From positions 997,263 to 1,029,262 of the forward strand of contig NZ_CM001976.1 of NCBI RefSeq assembly GCF_000406145.1: a stretch of 32,000 nucleotides of DNA, read 5' to 3'. Of the stretch, positions 1 through 7,211 are shown one piece after another; the stretch's first letter is position 1, and each line of letters begins with the position of its first letter. The notes under the pieces were generated by a model that was not told the DNA's origin, searched no databases, and saw only the letters and a list, made by a program, of their open reading frames with translations. This DNA is from Dickeya dadantii NCPPB 898 (GTDB taxonomy: Bacteria > Pseudomonadota > Gammaproteobacteria > Enterobacterales > Enterobacteriaceae). The translations under genes and the position numbers were made by a program.

Positions 1-1161
1 ACCGACACCGTGACCTACACCGTCAGCGACGGCGCCGGCGGGGTGGCGACCGGGACGCTGACCATTACCGTCACCGCGGTGAATGACGCCCCGGTGGCCG
101 GCAAGGATACCGCCACCACACGCCAAGACACTCCGGTCACCGTCGATGTGCTGGCGAACGACAGCGATGTGGACGGCAATCCGCTGACGGTGACCGCCGC
201 CAGCGCCGGCAACGGCTCGGTGGTGATCAACGCCGACGGCACGCTGACCTACACGCCGAATGCCAACTTTAACGGTACCGATACGGTGACCTACACCGTC
301 AGCGACGGACAGGGTGGCGTGGTGACCGGCACGCTGACCATTACCGTCACCGCGGTCAACGACGCGCCTGAAGTGATCGGTGAGACCACGTTAAATACGT
401 CAGTGAATACCCCGGTATCGGTCAATGTGCTGGATAACAGCCGCGATGTGGACGGCGACCCGCTGACCGTCACGTCGATATCGGTTACCAACGGCAGGGT
501 GCTGGTTAACGCCGGCGGCATGATGACTTACATACCCAACCCCGGTTTTAGCGGGACGGATGTGGTCAGTTATACCCTCAGCGACCCGCAGGGCAGTACG
601 GTGCGCGGTACGCTGACGGTAGTGGTCAGCACGTTACCGGGAACGGATGGTAATACGGCGGGCGGCGGAGCGGGGCAGATGAACTATGTGCCGCCGCCGG
701 ATAATGCCGGCTTGCAGCCCACGTTCATACCGGGACGGTTGAGCGCGGAAATGGAGGCAAGAGAGTATGACCCGATATTGCTGGACGCCGTGAACGCGAT
801 CAAAGGATTGGGCGGCAGCGCGCAACTGCTCGGCAATCAGCCGGGTGACCAGGCTGTTGCCGGCGTGAAGTCGCTGGGCACCAGCAGCGGGCTCGATTTG
901 TCACAAGGGAGTATTACCCAGGTGGTCCGCGATTTTGAACCAACCAGGACATTTGAGTTTTTGAATGATGCGCAGAATCAGCCGGTAACCAACCCGGCAA
1001 CACTCGGTGAAGGGATACCCATCGGGCCTGAAACCGCACAGAACAATAACACGACGATACCCGCGCAGGATGAACCCGCTGTCACGGTAGAGCAGCAATT
1101 GCAGACCATTGCGATGCGTGAACAGCAAGCATTGAGGGATCTTATCCGTGCGTTGAGTTAA
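1..1161 (+). CDS. C-terminal part of a very large tandem-repeat adhesin/exoprotein (cadherin-like, 'tandem-95'-type repeats); 5' end lies outside the window
   Basis: Frame +1 is open from base 1; the track ORF merely starts at an internal GTG at 10. Units TYTVSDGxGGVxTGTLTITVTAVNDAP...DTPVTVDVLANDSDVDGNPLTV recur every 92 codons. A non-repetitive tail of about 175 aa follows. Stop TAA 1159-1161. Confidence 0.85.
   Translation, partial: TDTVTYTVSDGAGGVATGTLTITVTAVNDAPVAGKDTATTRQDTPVTVDVLANDSDVDGNPLTVTAASAGNGSVVINADGTLTYTPNANFNGTDTVTYTVSDGQGGVVTGTLTITVTAVNDAPEVIGETTLNTSVNTPVSVNVLDNSRDVDGDPLTVTSISVTNGRVLVNAGGMMTYIPNPGFSGTDVVSYTLSDPQGSTVRGTLTVVVSTLPGTDGNTAGGGAGQMNYVPPPDNAGLQPTFIPGRLSAEMEAREYDPILLDAVNAIKGLGGSAQLLGNQPGDQAVAGVKSLGTSSGLDLSQGSITQVVRDFEPTRTFEFLNDAQNQPVTNPATLGEGIPIGPETAQNNNTTIPAQDEPAVTVEQQLQTIAMREQQALRDLIRALS
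10..640 (+). repeat. In-frame 276-bp tandem repeat units inside the adhesin gene (units 10-285 and 286-561, plus a diverged partial third)
   Basis: GTGACCTACACCGTCAGCGACGG...ACGCTGACCATTACCGTCACCGCGGT occurs at 10 and again at 286. The protein-level periodicity is 92 aa. Confidence 0.85.
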
Positions 1162-1173
1162 TGGAATGTCACA

Positions 1174-2700
1174 ATGCCTGATTTTATTAAACAATCTGTT
1201 TTGGCGTCTTTTGCTGTCTGGGGAGTGGTGACGATTACCGGGTGTGCGGTGACGTCGCCGCCGATTGATACCGATAAACAAACCTGGGGCGCGTATGACC
1301 GCATCAATGAGATCGTGTCCCGTGATGAACCGGTTTCGGGGCCGATTTCATTGTATGAAGCGATGGCGCGTGCGTTGAAATACAACCTCGACCAGAAAAT
1401 CGAACTGATGGATGAGGAGTACAAAAGCAAACTCAGCGAACTGGGAAGGCTTGGCATGTTTCCGTCGGTGGTGGCGTCGGTGGGCGGCAGTCAGCGCAAT
1501 AATGACTCCGGCTCCAGCAGCCGTTCATTGATCGACGGCAGCCAGTCGTTGCAATCGTCGACCTCTTCGGAACGGCGTACCTATACCGCTCAACTGGCGG
1601 CCAGTTGGGATATTCTGGATTTCGGCCTGTCCTATATTCAGAACAAACAGAATGTGGACGAGCAATATATTTCCCAGGAGCGGCGACGTAAGGTCATCAG
1701 CCGTATTCTGGAGGATGTGCGTACGGCTTACTGGCGGGCGGTCAGCGCCGACCGCACCCATGAAAAACTGATCAAACTGGAGGCGCTGGCGCAGAAAACC
1801 CTATACCAGTCCGAACAACTGGCGAAACGGCGCAACGTGTCGCCGCTAAAGGTGCTGAATTATCAGCATGACCTGCTGGAGATTCAGGCGAATGTGCAAC
1901 GCATGCAGCGTGAATTGTTTTTTGCCAAAAAGCAGCTGGCGGCGCTGATTAACCTGAAACCCGAAACACCGTTTAAACTGGTTCTGCCGGACCGGACAGC
2001 CGTCGTGCCGGAATTACCCGGTTCGGCGGAACAGATGATATTAATTGGATTGAAATACCGCTCCGAATTGCGTGAATCCAGTTATCGAAAACGAATCAAT
2101 GACAATGAGTTGACGAAACAATGGGTCCGCAATTTACCGTCATTTAAAACGTTATTGGGCATGAATTACGACACCAATAAATATCTCTATAACAATGAAT
2201 GGGCGAATTTCTCCGGCACGGTCAGCTGGAATTTGATGAATGTGTTCAGTTATCCGATGCAACGTAAGGTGGTGCAGGCCGAAGCGAAAGTGATTCAGGC
2301 ACGTGAGGATGCGCTGATAATGGCTATTCTTACGCAAATCTATGTCTCCAGAGCGCGTTTTATCCGCCTGTCTCAGGAATTAAATACGGTGCGCCAGAGC
2401 CATGAGGTTCAGGACAATATATTGGAATTAACCCGTGCCGGTTTTCAGGGAAAAATCATCAGCCAGATGGATCTGGTACAGGTCGAGATGAAAACCATCC
2501 TGGATGAGGTGCGCTACGACACCGCCTATGCCGATTTGCAAAATGCTTATGCCAATCTGTATGCCTCAATGGGTATCGATAATTTTGATTCTGACATTAC
2601 TGAAAAGGATTCCGTCTCCAGTATCGCGAAAAAACTCCAGTTTTATTGGACGGAAGAAATTACCACCTTACCGGAAGTATCAAGGCGGGAAAATCCATGA
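1174..2700 (+). CDS. TolC/OMF-family outer-membrane channel lipoprotein
   Basis: 508 aa. Signal peptide with lipobox ITG|C (MPDFIKQSVLASFAVWGVVTITGC). OMF-like blocks include SLYEAMARALKYNLD and AQLAASWDILDFG. Starts 12 nt after the adhesin stop, and its TGA overlaps the next ATG (ATGA at 2697-2700). Confidence 0.8.
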   Translation: MPDFIKQSVLASFAVWGVVTITGCAVTSPPIDTDKQTWGAYDRINEIVSRDEPVSGPISLYEAMARALKYNLDQKIELMDEEYKSKLSELGRLGMFPSVVASVGGSQRNNDSGSSSRSLIDGSQSLQSSTSSERRTYTAQLAASWDILDFGLSYIQNKQNVDEQYISQERRRKVISRILEDVRTAYWRAVSADRTHEKLIKLEALAQKTLYQSEQLAKRRNVSPLKVLNYQHDLLEIQANVQRMQRELFFAKKQLAALINLKPETPFKLVLPDRTAVVPELPGSAEQMILIGLKYRSELRESSYRKRINDNELTKQWVRNLPSFKTLLGMNYDTNKYLYNNEWANFSGTVSWNLMNVFSYPMQRKVVQAEAKVIQAREDALIMAILTQIYVSRARFIRLSQELNTVRQSHEVQDNILELTRAGFQGKIISQMDLVQVEMKTILDEVRYDTAYADLQNAYANLYASMGIDNFDSDITEKDSVSSIAKKLQFYWTEEITTLPEVSRRENP

Positions 2701-3722
2701 AAAACTGCCAACCTATTCTTATTTGTATGCTTGCCGCCCTGTCGTTTTCCGCCCACGGCGTTGGGCCGGAAAACAATAGTCTGGAAAACAATAGTCTGGA
2801 AAACAATAGTCTGGAAAACAATAGTCCGGAAAACAATAGACCGGAAAACAGTAGACCGGAAAACAGTAGACCGGAAAACAGTGGGCCGGAAAAAAATAGG
2901 GCGGTGATGAAGGGGAATTCCCGTGCGGTATTATCGGGTAACCGGGCTTTCGCTGAAGATAATGGCGTTTATCAGGCGCACGGTATTTTGCGGGCGATAA
3001 ATCGAGCCACGCTCTCTTCGGAACTGGGCGCTCAGGTATTACAAATTCCGTTTCGCGAAGGGATGGCGTTTAAAAAAGGTGACCTGCTGGTCGGGTTTAA
3101 TTGTGATCGTCCCCGTGCCGAGGCGGACGCGGCCAATGAAGAGGTGAAGGTAAAAAAGAACGCCTGGGACACCAATATCGAGCTGGATAAATTCCAGTCG
3201 GTGGGGCGTTATGATTTGCTCACCTCGCAGGCGGAATACAATCAGGCGGTCGCCAAAGCACGCGGGCTGGCGATTCAAATCAGTTATTGCGACATTCGCG
3301 CGCCTTTTTCCGGCGTGGTGCAGGAACTGAAAGTCTCGCCGTTTGAAGCGGTTTCGGTCAGCCAGCCGTTGATTACCATTGTGGACCCGAGCGCGCTGGA
3401 ACTGAACGTGATCGTGCCGTCTTCGTGGTTGAACTGGTTGAAAACCGATATTCCGCTCCAGTTTATGGTGGATGAAACCCAGTCGGCTTATCAGGGCCAT
3501 GTCACTCAGGTGTTGCCGCAAATCGACGCGGTGAGCAAGACGGTAAAAATTATCGGCAAACTGGATGCCGACGCATTGGACCCCAACGTGTTTGGCCCCG
3601 GTATGAGCGGCTCAGTCATGTTTAAACAGCCGGTCATCGCTAAACAGTCGGCCATCTCTAAACCGTCGGTCATCTCTAAACCGTCGGTCATCTCTAAACT
3701 ACAGGGGGACGGCGATGAATAA
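2697..3722 (+). CDS. Periplasmic HlyD/MFP-type adaptor with Sec signal peptide and low-complexity repeat linkers
   Basis: ATG at 2697 gives MKNCQPILICMLAALSFSAHG (signal peptide, no lipobox). Lipoyl-like motif GILRAINRATLSSELGAQVLQIPFREGMAFKKGDLLVGF, a short coiled-coil hairpin, then IRAPFSGVV. The track start at 2646 lies inside the upstream gene and was not used. Confidence 0.8.
   Translation: MKNCQPILICMLAALSFSAHGVGPENNSLENNSLENNSLENNSPENNRPENSRPENSRPENSGPEKNRAVMKGNSRAVLSGNRAFAEDNGVYQAHGILRAINRATLSSELGAQVLQIPFREGMAFKKGDLLVGFNCDRPRAEADAANEEVKVKKNAWDTNIELDKFQSVGRYDLLTSQAEYNQAVAKARGLAIQISYCDIRAPFSGVVQELKVSPFEAVSVSQPLITIVDPSALELNVIVPSSWLNWLKTDIPLQFMVDETQSAYQGHVTQVLPQIDAVSKTVKIIGKLDADALDPNVFGPGMSGSVMFKQPVIAKQSAISKPSVISKPSVISKLQGDGDE
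2766..2900 (+). repeat. Nine tandem 15-bp units (CYGGAAAACARTAGN) coding (P/L)ENN(S/R)/PENSR pentapeptides
   Basis: Units read directly at 2766, 2781, 2796, 2811, 2826, 2841, 2856, 2871 and 2886. In frame, immediately after the predicted signal peptide. Confidence 0.95.
3624..3695 (+). repeat. Four tandem 18-bp units coding KQPVIA/KQSAIS/KPSVIS/KPSVIS at the adaptor C-terminus
   Basis: AAACAGCCGGTCATCGCT, AAACAGTCGGCCATCTCT, then AAACCGTCGGTCATCTCT twice; the last two units are identical. Confidence 0.9.
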
Positions 3723-5079
3723 TACGATCCCCGCACAAGGCAATAACAATACTGCGCCGCTGGGGCAACTGGCGCTGCCCGCGTTGAAGCTGTTGCAGTT
3801 TGAAGCGGCGATCAGAAAGCTGGCGGATGAGCGAATCATGAAAGCGCATATCGCCAATGCGGTGCGCCAACTGCTGCCTTATGAACAGGCGATTGTCTGG
3901 CAGCGCAATCAGTTCTCCGGCAAATTGCGCGTAGTACAGATATCGGACGTCAAGGGCGTGGAACGCAAAGCGCCGCTGTTGCTGGCGCTGGAGCGGTTCC
4001 TCAATAAAAAAGGCCAGGCGCTGGAAGCGTGCCGGGTGCTGAATTTGCAACAGTCTCCGGAAGCCGAACTGAAAAACTATCCGTTGCAGCATGGCTTGTG
4101 GTTGCCGCTCGGCTACCGGGAACAACCGGAGGCCGGCGTGCTGTACCTGCGTAGCGAGCAGGATTTTAATGAAGCCGAGCAGTCGCTGGCGCTGCGCCTT
4201 TCCGAAACTTACACCCATGCATGGCTGGCGTTGCGGCGCGAGCCGCGGCTGTCGCAGGGGACGCGGCTGCTGCGTCACTGTTTGTGGCTGGTGCCGGCGA
4301 TTCTGGCGGCGGGCGGGTTTATTCCGGTGCCGCTCAGCGTGGTAGCGCCGGTGGAGGTGATCGCCCGCGAACCTTACCGCCTGACCGCGCCGATCGATGG
4401 CGTGGTGCGCCAGATTCTGGTCGCGCCCAACAGCCAGGTGGCGTCCGGAACATCGCTGGTGCAGTTCGAAGATCTGAAACCTTACAACGAGATGGTGCTG
4501 GCCGGGCAGGAGCTGGCGGTGGCGGAAGCGCACAGCGGCCAGGTCAACGCCTCGGCGTTTGAGGATGAAAAATTCCGTCAGGAGATGGCGGTGGCCAGCA
4601 CCGAATACCTGCTGGCGAGGGGGCGCTATCAGTACATGACGGACATTTACCAGCGTACCAAAGCCGTTGCGCCGCAATCCGGCATCGCCATCTATACCAA
4701 TAAGCGCGACTGGGAAGGCAAAACCGTGCGGGTGGGCGAGGAGATCATGCAGGTGGCGGACCCGCGGAAGATCCAGTATCAGATTGCGCTGCCGGTCAAT
4801 GACAGCATTCACCTGAAAGCCGGCGACCGGATCCGGATTTTTCTCGACAGTTCGCCGTTGAAATCCTACAACGCCACGTTGACCACGTTCAGTTATACCC
4901 CGCAAGTCACGCCGGAAGGCGTCAGCAGCTATACGCTGCTGGCCGAGGCGGATAGCGATGACGTTTACCCGCGTATCGGCGCCCGGGGAACCGCGCGCAT
5001 CTACACGGAAGACGTGCCGCTGTGGTTTCAGCTGTTGCGCCGTCCCATTGCCTCGGCCAGGCAGTTTCTGGGGGTGTGA
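3715..5079 (+). CDS. Inner-membrane-anchored HlyD-family adaptor with a cytoplasmic N-terminal domain of about 180 aa (GAF-like by eye)
   Basis: 454 aa. One TM segment (LLRHCLWLVPAILAAGGFIPV). Lipoyl-like motif LTAPIDGVVRQILVAPNSQVASGTSLVQFED, a coiled-coil stretch and a beta-barrel-like C-terminus. The start overlaps the upstream stop by 8 nt (ATGAATAA). Confidence 0.8.
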   Translation: MNNTIPAQGNNNTAPLGQLALPALKLLQFEAAIRKLADERIMKAHIANAVRQLLPYEQAIVWQRNQFSGKLRVVQISDVKGVERKAPLLLALERFLNKKGQALEACRVLNLQQSPEAELKNYPLQHGLWLPLGYREQPEAGVLYLRSEQDFNEAEQSLALRLSETYTHAWLALRREPRLSQGTRLLRHCLWLVPAILAAGGFIPVPLSVVAPVEVIAREPYRLTAPIDGVVRQILVAPNSQVASGTSLVQFEDLKPYNEMVLAGQELAVAEAHSGQVNASAFEDEKFRQEMAVASTEYLLARGRYQYMTDIYQRTKAVAPQSGIAIYTNKRDWEGKTVRVGEEIMQVADPRKIQYQIALPVNDSIHLKAGDRIRIFLDSSPLKSYNATLTTFSYTPQVTPEGVSSYTLLAEADSDDVYPRIGARGTARIYTEDVPLWFQLLRRPIASARQFLGV

Positions 5080-5081
5080 AG

Positions 5082-7163
5082 ATGCTTGACGACAGCACGG
5101 CGCTGCCCCGTTTACGTCAGGAACTGCAGCTGGAATCCAGCCCCGGCAACGACGGGGAGATGAGCTGGCGCATTTACGATCCCTGGCAGCATCGTTTCTT
5201 CCAGTTGCCGGAAAGTGATGTGATGCTGCTGTCCCGGCCCGGCTGCCGTACCATCGGCCAACTGAAACCGCTGCTGGATTTGCACGGGCTGCGTTTCGAT
5301 ATGGAGCAGTTCGGCTCGCTGACGCTGTTTCTGCGCCAGCAGCATCTGTTGATGGCGCAGGACTACGCGGCATCGGCGGAAGAAAAGCCCAAGGCGCTGT
5401 TGCTGCGCAAACCCAGCGTCCGGCAATTGCCGTTATGGGACCCGATGCCGCTGTTGCATCTGGTGGCCGGACACCATCTGCGCTGGCTTACCCGCGCGTT
5501 GTTGACGCTCTGGCTGCTAGTCACGCTGGTCGGGCTGTATCTGACCGCCAGACAGTGGGACAGCTACCTCGCCACTTTTCGGGATTTCTATTCGTTACAG
5601 GGCGTGCTGGGGTTTGGCGTGGCGATCCTGTTTCTGAAGTGGTTTCACGAAATGGGACATGCCTTTGTGGCGTATCGTCAGGGATGTCGGGTCGGAAAAA
5701 TGGGCATTTCCCTGTTTGTTATCTTTCCGATGTTTTATACCGATCTGACCGACGCGGCGCGGGTGGTCCAGCCGCGTCGCCGGATGTGGATTGCGCTGGG
5801 CGGCGTGGGGGCCGAGACGCTGATTGCCGGTTTGGCTACCGCGGGGTGGGCGTTGTTGCCGCCGGGCACGCTGCGCTCCATCTGCTTTGTGCTGGCGACC
5901 ACCAGTTGGGTGACGACGCTGGCTATCAACCTCAATCCGTTTTCCCGTTTTGACGGTTACTACTTTTTAAACGATCTGACCGGGGTGGATAACCTACAGC
6001 CGCGCTCGCGCTCGCTGCTCAATTATTACTGGCACCGGTGGGTACTGGGGCCGGTGCTGGACAAGCCGGAGCCGGTGGGCGGTCTGCGCCCCAAGCTGAT
6101 GGCGCTGTATGGCCTGCTGGTGCTGGCGTACCAAATGTTTCTGATTCTGGGCATCGGCTATCTGGCTTACCGGTTTTTCATCCCGCTCATCGGGATACTG
6201 ATATTCGCTTACATCCTTTATCACTATCTGCTGCTGCCGCTTGTGCTGATGGGGAGAGATATGGTTCGACATCGGGAGAAAATCACCTGGAGACGCAAAC
6301 TGGTGCTGACGTTGCTGCCGTTCGTGGCGATAGGGGCCTTTTTTTGCCCGCTTCCCCGCACGGTGAATATCCCCGCCATGGTGAATATTCAGGGGCAAAC
6401 CCTGATTCACGCACCGGATAAAGCGAAGCTGGAAACGGTCGCCATCGGTAATGGCGACCGGGTGCGGCAGGGGCAGGTGCTGCTGCGTTTTTCCTCGCCG
6501 GAACTCACCTTCCAGCGCGAGCAGGCGATGATGGAGCATGACCTGATGCAATTCCGGCTCAACCGCATCAGCAGCTCCGAGGCGGAAAAACTGGAAACCG
6601 TGACGCTACGGCAGAAATTGCAGGAAGCGGAAGAAACACTGGCCGGGCTGGATAACCAACTGGCGCAACTGGTCTGGCGTTCGCCTGTCGATGGCGTGGT
6701 GGTGGATCTGCTAGCCAACCTACAGCCGGGGCAGTGGTTCTCGCCGGATCAAATCATCGGCCGGATTCTGGAGGGCGACAAACAGGACATCATTGGCTAT
6801 GTGGATGAAACCTTTGTTTCCCGTCTGTCGCCCGACCTGCGCGGCAAGTTTATCCCCAATAACCTGTCGATGCCGTCCCAGCCGGTCAAAGTTGAACAGT
6901 TGGATCCGAACAGTTCCGAATTTATTACGCCCAAATCCCTGAGTGTTCTGTACGGCGGGCCGATCGCGTCGCTGAAAAATGATAAAGGGGACGCGGTGCC
7001 GGTGGTGGCGATGCACCGAATACAGTTTTTGTTTAGCGACGCCAGCCTGCCCGATCGGCAGGCGTCGCAGGGGGTGGTGGTGTTGCGGCTGGCGCCGGAG
7101 AGCCTTGCCAGCCAGTCGGGAAAACGTTTGTGGCGTTTGATTATTGCCGAACTTAACCAGTAA
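5082..7163 (+). CDS. Fusion protein: cytoplasmic PqqD/RRE-like N-domain + polytopic M50 (site-2 protease family) zinc metalloprotease + C-terminal HlyD-type adaptor domain
   Basis: ATG 5082 lies 2 nt after the upstream TGA. HExxH = HEMGH (5646-5660). Second M50 motif NLNPFSRFDG (5928-5957). Multiple hydrophobic TM segments. After the last TM comes a lipoyl-like motif (LIHAPDKAKLETVAIGNGDRVRQGQVLLRFSSPEL), a coiled coil, then RSPVDGVVVDL. Confidence 0.8.
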   Translation: MLDDSTALPRLRQELQLESSPGNDGEMSWRIYDPWQHRFFQLPESDVMLLSRPGCRTIGQLKPLLDLHGLRFDMEQFGSLTLFLRQQHLLMAQDYAASAEEKPKALLLRKPSVRQLPLWDPMPLLHLVAGHHLRWLTRALLTLWLLVTLVGLYLTARQWDSYLATFRDFYSLQGVLGFGVAILFLKWFHEMGHAFVAYRQGCRVGKMGISLFVIFPMFYTDLTDAARVVQPRRRMWIALGGVGAETLIAGLATAGWALLPPGTLRSICFVLATTSWVTTLAINLNPFSRFDGYYFLNDLTGVDNLQPRSRSLLNYYWHRWVLGPVLDKPEPVGGLRPKLMALYGLLVLAYQMFLILGIGYLAYRFFIPLIGILIFAYILYHYLLLPLVLMGRDMVRHREKITWRRKLVLTLLPFVAIGAFFCPLPRTVNIPAMVNIQGQTLIHAPDKAKLETVAIGNGDRVRQGQVLLRFSSPELTFQREQAMMEHDLMQFRLNRISSSEAEKLETVTLRQKLQEAEETLAGLDNQLAQLVWRSPVDGVVVDLLANLQPGQWFSPDQIIGRILEGDKQDIIGYVDETFVSRLSPDLRGKFIPNNLSMPSQPVKVEQLDPNSSEFITPKSLSVLYGGPIASLKNDKGDAVPVVAMHRIQFLFSDASLPDRQASQGVVVLRLAPESLASQSGKRLWRLIIAELNQ

Positions 7164-7202
7164 TTGAGCTTAACCAGTAATTGACATTGACCAGTAACGC
7201 GG
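7152..7202 (+). repeat. 17-bp tandem triplication spanning the stop codon of the M50-adaptor gene
   Basis: CTTAACCAGTAATTGAG / CTTAACCAGTAATTGAC / ATTGACCAGTAACGCGG. The first unit contains the codons LNQ and the stop. Confidence 0.8.
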
Positions 7203-7211
7203 GAGGGGGAC

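Noticed and set aside
2646-2696. Longer N-terminal extensions offered by the ORF track. They include 2646 and also 5022, 8198, 10787, 16302, 29077, 29140 and 30224.
   Set aside because: In each case an internal ATG has a better SD or start-stop coupling. That start gives a proper signal peptide or matches the N-terminus of the remembered E. coli orthologue. The extensions overlap upstream genes.
2766-2900. Possible CRISPR-like array (short regular repeats)
   Set aside because: The units are contiguous 15-mers with no spacers. They are in frame within a CDS, and no cas genes are nearby. It is a coding minisatellite.
3694-5373. 559-aa ORF on the minus strand
   Set aside because: It is antisense to two translationally coupled, motif-bearing plus-strand genes. 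The product is Arg/Ala/Pro/Gln-rich, typical of a shadow frame in GC-rich coding DNA, and has no recognisable motif.
1-7163. Calling the adhesin plus downstream genes a canonical type I secretion system
   Set aside because: No ABC transporter gene is present in the visible operon, and the adhesin tail has no RTX repeats. Labelling it T1SS would hide the unusual M50-protease architecture.
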